Assembly (NCBI GenBank): GCA_951406725.2
Contig: OX597814.1
Span: forward strand, 74,028,001 to 74,092,000
From: Octopus vulgaris
Taxonomy: Eukaryota
Length of the DNA stretch: 64,000 bases
Direction of reading: 5' to 3'
Part shown: piece by piece, positions 29,019 to 40,625 of the stretch
How positions within the stretch are numbered: the first letter of the stretch is position 1
How the letters are laid out: every line of letters begins with the position of its first letter
Notes under the pieces: model-generated
The model's input: only the letters and a program-made list of their open reading frames with translations
Databases searched by the model: none
Told to the model about the DNA's origin: nothing
Made by a program: the position numbers and the translations under genes

Positions 29019-30519
29019 TTAAACAAGCTTACTAGTAATACTAAATAAATTCTAAATTCATGATATTATTGATCATCTCTTTCAACTTATTTTGTTTATC
29101 AATATTCTTTCTTAAATTAAAGTGCAACTATCATGCAACATGAAAGCGTAAGGAAATGACAAAGAATATAACAATGTGTTTTCTATAATTGTCCATTGAT
29201 TTCTTGATTTGTTGTCCGCGAGTTTTCCATTGGTCACGTGGCATGTTGGTCACGTACCATCGCCTTCTCTTTCCTCACATTTTCTGGTAACAGAATGCCT
29301 TCTCCTCTATTTCTACATCTTCTAGAGAAAAGACTTATCTCTGTGATGATGTATGCTACTAGGTTTTGTTTTTTCAAGCATGGATTCTAATTATTACAGA
29401 ACAAAATATTATATGATCTTTAACATAAGTACACGATCAAATTTTGTGAGAGTGGTATAGTCAATTATATAGATCCAGTACTTTGTTGCTAATTATCGCA
29501 AACACTTTAGAAGGGTGAAATATAAAGTAAACCACCGCCCTAAAATACGTTATATTAGGAATGATAAGTGATAGACATTTTAATTGAACGTCACTTTTTG
29601 AAAATATATTCCGTTAAGATTTCAGTCATTGATCTATGGCCATACTGAGGCACTGATTTAATATCAAACCCATCCAGTAGTTATTTCAGTTTGCTACTTA
29701 TTTCACGGACCGCTAAGATTTGGAATATAAAAGTACACTGCATAACAACATCAGCAGCAACAACAACAACAATAACACCCGTATTCATACAATAAGATTC
29801 TGTTCAGTTTTCGTCTAGCTAATTCCACGAATGAAATATAGGTTAACCCAAGATCAAACTCTGAACTACGAAGTTGCGAAGAACCTCTTAACTACAAAGG
29901 TCTGCATTCTAATAAAGTGGTCGTTGTTATTTTACAATATTAATTAGTATAATTCCAATTTGAAGTGGCGATTACGGAATTGAGATATTGTTGGTACATA
30001 CTGACCTAGTTAGAATGGGATGCTGAAACCCGGCACGGTAAACAAGTAAAAAAACTCGTTAATGATATGATGGATGATACCGCTACTCAGAGTGGTGAAC
30101 ATACATAGAACGGAGTGGGCAGTATTATCACACTGCAGTGCAGATGAAGAGTGAAAAAGAAAAAAAAAACGTACCTTACCACCTTAAACCTACCTCTATG
30201 CATTATCAATTGTCTATTATCTATTGATTATCAATTGTGACTGCAGACTTTTAGATAAATTTCATCTTTTAGAAAATAAATCTCCATAAGAGAAAATTAG
30301 ATGATTCGTTAAAGAGGAAGAACTGATTAAAGTTGTATCGGACAAAGAAAATTCCATTGAGCTACGCGTATATCAGTTACAGGTGTTTTCATATTACGCG
30401 TAACCATTGAACTAAGATTTATTTATAACATTTAAATACAAAAAAAAAAACGAGAAAAAGTGACATAAAAAAGGAAAAGGATGAAAAAAGGAGGCGGAGG
30501 TAAATAGCAGAAGATGGTG

Positions 30520-31680
30520 GTGGAGAAGCGACAAACCACATACCCCAGAAACAAATGGTATGCTGAGCTGCGCTCCGTGGTAATGATCTCGATGGCGTTG
30601 CCAAGAAGAATAGCCAGCGACACTCGCTGCAGTAGCCACTCCAGCTCGCGGGGCTCATTTTCCCAACGGGCCGCAGTTATTTTGCAGAGGAAATCGTTAG
30701 TATAGAGTCCTACACCTGACGTCTTAATGACGACCGGCACAAACTGATAGCAGCTAGCCAGGCTTCGATCTTCTCTCCTCAACGCACTGGGCAGCGACAC
30801 CCGGGTTTGCAGCTGATACTGCGAAGTTGGAATCGGGGAACGTGTAGCTCCCTGTCGTATGCCAGACTCGAGATCTGCCTCCCTCAAATAGGAACAGGGT
30901 TATTCTGTCGGGGTGCTTACTTTCCTCGTGGTCCAAACCTGCTGGCTCAAGTTCGGAAGGGAAGACAGCCGCATCATGGCCCCTTTTGATTACGTCATTC
31001 AGAGACGTGTCGAGGGAATTATTTTACGTTAAGGCTGATGGATAATGGAGAATTTCTCTACTACCGCTCTGCAGCTACATTTGTGCGGCTCACATAAAAG
31101 GAAGGATGCCGTTAGATGAAGAGGGAGACGAACTGAGCCATGTGCCGCTATTTGGCGGTGAGGCGGAACGGTGGAAGGCGAGGCGGAGCGGTGGCAAGCG
31201 GGATGATGCTGGTCTAGTGATGTCTGTAGCCGGTCGAAGGTGGACTTGCATCCGATTTTGTCCTAGTTGCGTTGGACATCAGTATTCTGGGGCATGGTAA
31301 CGCTATCAGTAGCCCAATCATCTTGGACTGACTCCACTCCCTGGACGACATCTGGTCCGGCCATCCCGTGGAGTATCTCACCAATGAGGGTGCGGCTAGA
31401 AGAGACCGAGTAAAGATAGATCGGTAGATAGGCCACTGTAGTATGAGGACCAAGACCACTGAATCTAATAGGCAGTTTGGCCTGTTGCCAGCCGGCGCTG
31501 TCAAAACTAATATCGCAGACCAGCCTGACACATTGCTGAATGGTGTTATCGAAATTACGGAGGCGGTCTCTGAGAGGGTGACATGGCGCACGGCGTAGCG
31601 ACAAAAGGAACATAGGCAGAGCGAAGAAATTCCCCAAGAGGAAAGTTTCCAACAAAAACTTTTTATTTTTTCCATCCACT
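30520..31680 (-). mobile_element. CRE-clade RLE non-LTR retrotransposon 3' fragment
   Basis: Motifs WQQAKLPIRFSGLG, HPDRITLFLFEGGRSRVW, FVPVVIKTSG and LLQRVSLAILLGNA. Confidence 0.75.
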
Positions 31681-32257
31681 TTCGTAAATTCTAAGCTTTT
31701 CCTATTTATCGGAAACGATATTTAAAATTATCTGTGAGTCCACACCTTAAATTAAGCTAAGTGTTTCCTCGGTGTAATTTACTGTTTCAACAGGTTAAAA
31801 GACAAGATCATAAAAAACTTTTGTTGTATTGTACCTTTATTAACAGAGAATATATAAAGACATGGGCTTATACTTCTATGTATTGGATCTCAGAAACGAA
31901 ATTGGCAGCTTGAAATAAGGATTGAGCCAATTGGCTCACCTCTCCCTTTTAAACTACCGGTGATTATTATAGCTCAGCTGCTTTTATCAACTGCCGAAAA
32001 GATACTCATGAACTAAATTTTATAGCAAAACTAAATATGTATGAGTCCGCACATTTACTTATTCATAACCTACGAACCTACGACGTATGAGTTCTAACAA
32101 TAATAGAAGATACAGAAATTGGATTTTTTAAAGTTTAGACGAAATGTCGTCACCATTTAGATTAATTTAAAAGATGATTTCTTATATTATGATATCTATC
32201 TAATGTAATATTTCCAAATAAAGAAAAAGAAAATGAAAATAAGACTAAAAAACTTAC

Positions 32258-32547
32258 ATTACATTCTTTTGAAGCTGCAGTTTCATTTGGACATTTTGCC
32301 CATAAAAGTTCCGAGCGGAAGCTGAGTGCAAAGTAATAAAGGCACCAGGATATGATTGTATTGTAGTAAATACAAACTATATAGGATACCATTATACACG
32401 AATAACCAATACCTGTTAAATAAGGAGAAATCTGATCCCATGTACCGACTGGGCCTCTTCGCATGCGTTGGCCGAGAGCGACTTCCAAAAAGAATATCGG
32501 AAGACCTTCTACAAACAACATTATAACATAAGGAAGTAGAAAAGCAC
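32258..32547 (-). CDS. SLC6 transporter exon 2 (TM2-TM3, start of EL2)
   Basis: Encodes AFLLPYVIMLFVEGLPIFFLEVALGQRMRRG...YYNTIISWCLYY...WAKCPNETAASKECN. Splice sites are ttgcag| and |gtaagt. Length 290 nt, phase 1 to 0. Confidence 0.95.
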
Positions 32548-32985
32548 CTGCAATGAAGTAAATCAATAGTATTTCACAACGTTCTTCAAAAGTGTATATA
32601 AATTAATAAAATAAAACATGGGGTAGAAAATCAATGTTACGTAACAAGTTACTCTTGAAATAATTACTTAAACTAGGTTTAACGGGATGTAAACAAACAA
32701 GAAATGATCCTATTGTATTCTTGTTGATTTTCTGATTTTTAAGTAGGTCTGTGTCTAATCTTGGCTATTTCTCATAGAAGGGTTGATTGTAAATATTCTT
32801 TTATCAGAACTGACACTGCAAAAATTTACTTGGAATGATATAAGCAGCAGTATTATTGTCTTTGTCGTTATACATAGAAATTGATAGTACAAATATTTAG
32901 TCGCTAAAAGAGATTACTGTGTATACTGATACATTTAAATTACGGAATGTGATTTTTAATTGCTTGAGAAATTAGGAAATCTTAC

Positions 32986-33432
32986 CTCCACCATTCTTTT
33001 GAGCTAGATAAGGAAACCTCCAGACATTACCAAGACCGACAGCTAAACCGATTGCAGCTAGTAAATACTGGACTTTGTTGTCCCATGAATCTCTAGTCTC
33101 GTCTGTGGGAAGCAACTCATCTGTCGATTGTCTTAGTGTGGCAGCGGATGCGCGCATCTCCGACGATATTTTCAGTTCGTAAGAAACATTCGGATTAGGA
33201 AAGACACTGGAAGATTGTTCACTAACATTAAAACTGATATCATTGAGTGCCTCGCTGTACGAAGCACTCCTCCGCATACTAAAACTTTCCGAATTAGTAT
33301 CATTTGAATCTGGTTTTTCGTTGTCCATTTTTGATCGGAAATCATCAGAATTCATGAATTTTTTATATATGAGCTGTCGACGATGAAGTCGGCGTTGTCT
33401 TTTACGATTTAAAAGACCTCGAACAAGTTTGC
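32986..33432 (-). CDS. SLC6 neutral amino-acid transporter (SLC6A15/18/19-like), first visible coding exon
   Basis: Encodes [37 protein letters not shown], the SLC6 TM1 signature. Acceptor is tttttttctttggcag| at 33433 and donor is G|gtaag at 32985 (phase 1). Candidate ATGs are at 33355 and 33328 (aaaATGG). Confidence 0.93.
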
Positions 33433-33469
33433 CTGCCAAAGAAAAAAATATATATAAAGATATACAGAC

Positions 33470-34255
33470 ACAATATCAAGCTAATGTAATGAAAAATGGT
33501 GTAGATCCAAAGTGCCGACACTGCAAAGATGGGATTGAAACTGGACCACCTAATCTCTGGGTGTAAGGTTTTAGCACTTGCAGAGTACAAATCAAGACAT
33601 GGCAGAGTTGGCCAATATCTAAATTGTGTCGGCAATATAAAATCAAAACTGCTGACAAATGGTACAAGCACCACTCTCACAATGTAATGATTCTTTGGGA
33701 CTTTCCATTATGTACATGCCGGACAATCAAAGCAAACAAACCAGAGATTATTGTAAAAGACCAAAACAATAAAGTCTGTTTATTGATTGACATGAGCATA
33801 CCCTGTGACCATAATATCTCGGTAAAAGAATTTGATCAGCACAGAAAATATAAAAAATTGGTAATCGAAATCGAAAAGACGTGGCGTTTCAAGACAGCTA
33901 CAATGCCAATGATAATAGGAGCACTTGGAATGATCAAAAAAAGGAACTGAAATCTATTTAAGAATGATCCCTGGCTTACCATCCATGCAGGAAGTTCAAC
34001 AGATTGTCTTAACTGGTATGTCACACGTACTGAGAAGAGGCATTGTCGCTGTGAATTTTCTTTTCCTTTTCCCCTTTATTTTCTTTGTTTACTTTTTATT
34101 TAAAAAATTTTCTCTCTGTCTTTCTTCCCCTTTTTTTCTATCATATGACTTTGTAAATGAACAAATTGGTGTGTTTATTTTAATGGCCTACAAATGTATA
34201 CAGTGCGTTTCTCTGCTCTAGTTGTCAGTGAGAGACTCGGAAAGAAATGGAAACA

Positions 34256-34309
<54 letters not shown>

Positions 34310-34781
34310 TAATAATAATAAATGCCCTGATGCAGTACCAGACATCTGCTCTCATGACTTCTGTTCTTAACTGACTGGAAGTGTTATCATGTACAATGTT
34401 TTGTCTTAATATAAAAGATGTGCTACAGCAAATATTCTGCTCAATAGCACAGATTTGCTAGTCAGTTGTTTGACCTTAACCAGTTGAGCATGTTTCTTGA
34501 TGGTTGACGATGTGTGCATCTCTGATCATAAGCAGAAGTATTGGGGAGCATCATAGCCATGTGTTGAGAGGTGTTCTTTGGGGTTTAAATAATTCACCTC
34601 ACTGGTGTTTCATTCAATATCCTTAAACAACTCTCACTCATGGAACAAATAGAAGCTGCAATAAGGGTGGAGCACTTGCAGAAAGCAGCACTGCTTGGAG
34701 CCGCTCGAATACTCCTGTATTCACTGGTAGTGAACAGCTGACATTGTAGTATATCTCCGGCGTTAGAAGGTGTGCAAAGGC

Positions 34782-34819
<38 letters not shown>

Positions 34820-37001
34820 TAATAATAATAATAATAAGGTTTCATATAGTTGCTCAAGACCAATGCTTATTAACCCGGAACTACCAAGCCAATGTGATAA
34901 AAATTAGAGCTGACCCAAAATGCCGATTCTGTAACGGTGAGATTGAAACAATAGACCACCTAATCTCAGGGTGTAGAGTCTTAGCACCTGTAGAATATAA
35001 AGCAAGACATGACAGAGTCGGCCAGTATTTACACTGGGCAATATGTCGGCATTATAAAATCAAAACCGCTGACAAATGGTATAAACACCATCCTGAAGCT
35101 GTGACGGAGGGAGAAAATGTGTCGATTCTGTGGGACTTCTCCGTACATACCGACAGAACTATAAAAGCTAATAAACAGGATATTATCATAAAGGATCAGA
35201 CAAAAAGGATGTGTTTGTTAATTGACATGAGTATTCCTTGCGAATTTGACAAGCTAGGTAAATATAAGGACTTGCTAATGGAAATTGAAAAAATGCGGCA
35301 TCTCAGGGCGACTACAGTACCAGTGATTGTGGGATCTCTAGGAATGATAAAAAAGGTACTGAAACCTATTTGAAAATGATACCAGGCTTACCATCCCTAC
35401 AGGAAGTGCAAAAAATCGTGTTGACTGGAACGGCTCATGTACTGAGAAGAGTATTATCGCTGTGAAACCAACATCCATTCATGAATTTATTTATTCATTA
35501 ATTTTTTAAATACATATTTTACCTGTGAATTTGCGTGTGTAATCTGGGAATGTATACAATGAGCTTCTCTGCCCTAGGCGTACGGAAAACACTCGGCGAG
35601 AAACGGAAGAAAATTTTAAGAAAGAAGGAAAAATAACAACAACAATAATAATATGGTCAATTATTGAAATATGTAATCTTAAGAGAAAAAATATGAAAAT
35701 TGTTGACAATGCATAGAATGCACCTCCCTAAGGCAGATATAGAACGACTTTACCTGCCAAAAAAAGAGGGTGGCCATGGACTTTTACAACTGGAATTAAT
35801 AATGATTGCCACAATCGGCCTAAACACCTACCTGAAAAACTCTGATGACTGGATGTTTAAACTAGTCTTAAAACATGAAAACAAGAAAGCATCATACTCA
35901 GTAACAAAACAGGCAAAGGAATATCTCGGTGGATTCCAAATATAACAAATCCCCAAATTAGACGTACTGAAAACAAACACAGAAAAAGCTAAGCGTATGA
36001 AAACCCGTGCTAAAACTGCTGCCTTAGATATTCTTACTGATAAATGGCAAGAAAAACCTCTCAATGGTAAATACCCAAAGAGAGCTAATAATGTCGATGT
36101 TGACAAAGCCCTTATCCATCAATGGTTAGTGTCTTCTGGCTTAAAATCAGAAACAGAAGGGTTTATCATAGCAGCCCAAAATCAATGCCTACCTACAAGG
36201 AACTACCATGCCAACATATTAAAGAACAGCAGTAGTCCAACATGTCATGTATGTAAACAACGAAATGAAACCATCGATCATGTTGTCTCCATGTGCAGTC
36301 TTCTTGCGCCTACAGAATATCTCAAAAGGCATGATAGAGCAGCACAGTATATTCACTGGGTAATTTGCAAAAACTTGGACCTGCCCCACGATAAAAACTG
36401 GTGGGAATACAAACCACCTCCAGTGCTTGAAAATGATCACATCTCACTCTTCTGGAACTTCACCATTCAAACTTACAAAAGATAGATGCGAATAGGCCAG
36501 ACATTATATTGAAGGACTTCAGATAAAAATCGTGCCTCCTCATCGATATAACTGTCTCAGTCGACACAAATGTATCTGTCAAGACCTACCAAAAAGTAAT
36601 CAAGTATAAAGATCTTGAAATAGAAATCGGCAAAATCTGGAACCTCAAGACTAAAATAACACCTGTTATCATAGCTGCCCTAGGAATGACAGCTAACGGG
36701 GCTGATTCCGACCTAGCTCAGATACCAGAAAATCCCAAAATGGCAGAAATTCAAGAGATAGTGCTCTTGGGAACTACCTATATCCTACGTAAAATACTGT
36801 TCTATGTAATCCCATATTTTAAAACAACCTTATACATTTTTTTAATGTTTTCTTAAACATTCTCTAGAACAATACTTTGTGCAAAACCAAATATATGGCA
36901 TCTTGGTCATAACACCACCTTGAACTTCTAACTTGTTATCTCTTGAGGTCTCTGGGTGAGACTTGGAGTCAACTTGTACAAATACAAAGCAAAAGGCAAA
37001 C

Positions 37002-37067
<66 letters not shown>

Positions 37068-37340
37068 TAATAATAATAATAACAATAATAGGTTAGCTTG
37101 GGTGGTTAAGCAGTTGTGGTCGCTGTAAAAGGTGGTAGTAGTACCAATAATTGTCGGAGCCTTGGGAACAGTGAGTAAAAATCTTGAGAAGTACATGGAA
37201 CAAATAGGGGCTGCAATAAGGGTGGAGCACTTGCAGAAAACAGCACTGCTTGGCACGCTCGAATACAGCGGATGGTGCTCGAAAAATAAGGGATGTTACC
37301 TTAGTTCACTGGTAGTGAACAGCTGATACCGTAGTACATC
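33470..37340 (+). mobile_element. Head-to-tail stack of five R4/Dong-type RLE LINE 3' ends separated by (TAA)n
   Basis: Pieces lie at about 33470-34257, 34640-34781, 34838-35630, 35690-37000 and 37091-37340. They carry CRFC..ETIDHLISGC..RHD, LWDF, PDI and KYKDL motifs. AAT tracts start at 34258, 34782, 35633 and 37003. Confidence 0.88.
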
Positions 37341-37344
37341 TCCA

Positions 37345-37595
37345 GCGTTAGAAGCTGTCAAATTGATGTCACAATGGCTAGTACGAAAAATGCCGAAATT
37401 TTACGATTTTTGAAAAATCGATGCTGATTAAAAATCGATTTAAAAAAAAAAAGATTCCAAGTGCGTAAGTGACCGCATGGACATAAGCCTCCCCCCCCCA
37501 CACGTGTTAAGTTTCATCGAGGTCTGTTGGATAGTCTCGGAGGAGCTAAAGTAACAAATTCCCAAACACACAAAGTTGCCATTTATTATTATAGA
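37345..37595 (-). mobile_element. Helitron 5'-terminal fragment
   Basis: Minus-strand terminus a|TCtataataataaa, resembling the other Helitron 5' ends. Confidence 0.45.
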
Positions 37596-37974
37596 TATAC
37601 TTTTAATTTTTATGTTGACACCGCTTTAGTTCAGTAATATATCTTTCTTAGGGAATTTCCTTGTGAATTTTAAGACCATCCTCGTCAGTAAACATTTCGG
37701 GCATTTTTTTTTTGTAATTTATTTTTGTCCTTTATTCTTGTTTTGAAACTTTTTACAGATCAATTTTTAGACACTATTTTCTAAACCTGGCGAAGGTATG
37801 TATATGGGGTGCAAATTCTGATTTTGCATCCGCAAAATCTTTAGAGGGTGCAAGTGCACCACCTCAACCCCTGTCCCCGGGTCCTTGCAAACACGCACGT
37901 ATATATCCATACATATACATTTATTCAGCCTATACATTTGTTCAACTCTAATGCTGTAGTTAAAACACATAATT

Positions 37975-38435
37975 GTATACATATATGCTGATAGGGACTG
38001 TAATCGCCCGAAAACACCGATCGTGATCGGTCAGTTTCGGCTATTTCCATAGCCTCATCAGTAAGGACCACTCGATTCGGCAGATTTCGGACTTAATTCT
38101 CTATCAGTATATATGTATTCACCATAAAAATCTATAGATAATTTAGCGAATCGCTAATGTGCCTACAAAAAATTAATATAGACAACCGTGCGCAATGTGC
38201 TTAGAAATAAGAGCTACAAAGCTCTAATATTGTAGTTAAAGCATATAATTGAATGCATATAAATCAACAGGTATTGTAATCGCTCGAAAACACCGGTTGA
38301 GGATTCCTTATACTGATCAGCCAGTTTTGGCTATTTCCGTAGCCTCACCAGTAAGGACTGCTCGATTCGGCAGATTCCGGACTTAAATCTATATCAGTAT
38401 ATATGTAGTTACCATAAAAATCTATAGATGATTTG
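37975..38435 (-). ncRNA. ~290-bp tandem repeat with type-I hammerhead motifs (retrozyme-like)
   Basis: Consensus of the two copies is tcctta-CTGATGA-GGCTA..TAGCC-GAAA-CTG..CAG-TA-taagga. Confidence 0.8.
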
Positions 38436-38899
38436 AATTGTTTCATCACCACTTTATAAGCAGATCATTGCCCAGATAGTATTCAATGATAAATACATTA
38501 AATTTATTACAAAGCATCAGTATTATTTCAGCAACATTTGCAAATGAATTTCCAGAGTTATGAACAAACGTTTGCTTAATTAAACCATATCCCACAGAAC
38601 ATATACCAACTGCATTCAAAAAATGTAAATAAATACCACACACACACACTGTTATTGGAGAATATTGAACACCCCCACGTAACTGAAGGTAAATTAGCCG
38701 ATTACAATAAATAACTGAATGAGCTGCCAGGAGAGTAGTTGATGGTGTGTTTTTTTCTGGTTGGTTTAATCATTTTTGATCCCTGTTAGACGTGAGTCAC
38801 ATTGTTGATTATTTGTTGAAGGTCTCCCCTCGTGGGTGTACCTACGATTGTTGATTGTTGAAATTACTGTGACTGTTGTTTGCATACGATATTGTTAGA

Positions 38900-40421
38900 T
38901 TGTGCTTGTTTTCCTCCCATTCATAGGAGAGATGGAACAAGTACCAGCAAAAGGTCACAGTTGTGTGACAGCAACTGGCAGAGGAGTGGACTCTGAGGCT
39001 TTGGAGGTTCGCGAGGTGAAGGTGGAACTGAGGAAGCTGAAAGAAGGTGAGAAATTGTTGAAAAAAGAAGGCAATACGTTGAAGTTGGCGCCACCGGAAG
39101 ATTTAACGAACGGTGTAACGAAAAGAACTGTAATATTTGAAACACTGAAGGTGTCATCGAGAAGAATCGAAGTTGCAGCTATCGAGGATATTGAAGAGTG
39201 CTTGAAAGAAGTTAAGAAGTTCACCACTTTTATCACAGGAGGAGGGGTATGGCGCAGTGGAAGTGCGATTCGTGACTGAAGACGAAGTGACGAAGCATCC
39301 CACTGTGGCCATGACGACGGAGGAGTCGGTGCTTTTGGCGGTGTACTATGGCAGGCGTGTTGCCGGGGTGAGAGTGGGAGGGGTGTCCCCAGAAATGGAT
39401 GAAACATGGTTGGTGGCAGCCATAATGTTTAACATGGAGGAAGACTCCAAAATACTTAAAGTGACGAGAGCCGGAAGGTTGGGGTGGTGGGGTTATGGCA
39501 TGGAGGTGGACGTGCAGTTGGGTTTGAGTGACCTGGATGGGATTGCGGAGGAGGTGATTTTACCCGGAGATTTGAGGCTGAGAGTGGTAGTGGAGGGTAG
39601 GCCTCCCATATGCTACCTATGTGGCGAGAAAGGCCATATGAAGGTGAGGTGCCTCCAGAGAGAAAAGAAGGAACAACAAATGGAACAGTTTGAGGAGCAA
39701 GAGAAGGTGGACGAAGTGGTACATGATGATGTGAAAGAGGCGGCAATAATAGATGAAGCATTCACAGTAGTTAAAAAAACGAAAAAGAAAAGAAAGAGTA
39801 AACTATCCGCCGGAGAGGCAGAAAAAGAAAAAAGAAGTAGATAAGGTGATTGAGAAAAAGTTCGAAAAGGAGATCGAAAAGGATGTCGAAAAGGAGGTTG
39901 AGAAGGTGGTTGAGAAGGAGCTTGAGGAAGAGCTCGAAGAGGAGCTTGAGAAAGAGGAGACAGTAGCAAGGGTACTAACTATACTAGTGGAGGAAGAAGA
40001 TTTAGGCGGTATAGAAAGACAACAGCATGAAGGTGAAACAGCGACACTAACTAAAATGGAAGAAGATAAAGACAGAGAGAAGGTGCCGAGAGTGGAGCAA
40101 GGAAAAGGTAAACAAGCAAGAAAGCTGAAAAAGCACAGGTGGAATTTCGTTACATACGCTAAGAGCACAACAATTGAGAGAAAGATAACGAAATTAAAAT
40201 CTATTATACGGATTAAGTTGCCTACGGATATTTACTCGAAAAATGTGAAGGCTATTGTAATTGATAAAGATAGATATAACAAGTTAAAAGAAATGTGTGG
40301 AAGGGACATTGATCCGCCGGGAGTTGTGGTGGAGTTTGACGAACTGACGCCAGTGGTGGAATTAAGAGAACTGGAACCATTTATGAGATATCAAAAAAAG
40401 GTAAGTAAAATTGCTTCTTAA
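38900..40421 (+). mobile_element. Gag-like ORF1 (L1/Tx1-type) with a CCHC knuckle, disrupted
   Basis: CYLCGEKGHMKVRC (CX2CX4HX4C) followed by an E/K-rich tract. Frameshift at about 39260 and stop at about 39843. No ORF2 follows. Confidence 0.7.
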
Positions 40422-40625
40422 AATAAACGATGATAATGGAAAAAACAAAGGAAAAAAGAAAAGATTATAAACTGTGCGTAAAAACGTTCAAATGCTACTG
40501 CATGAGAGTGGGGCTCATGCAGCCATTTCATTTTCATTATTATATAACATCTTTCTCATTTTCATTCGTTTTGTGTTTTTTGCCCCCACTGTGGTGTTCT
40601 GTCTGTCCTTGTGCTGTCCCCACTG

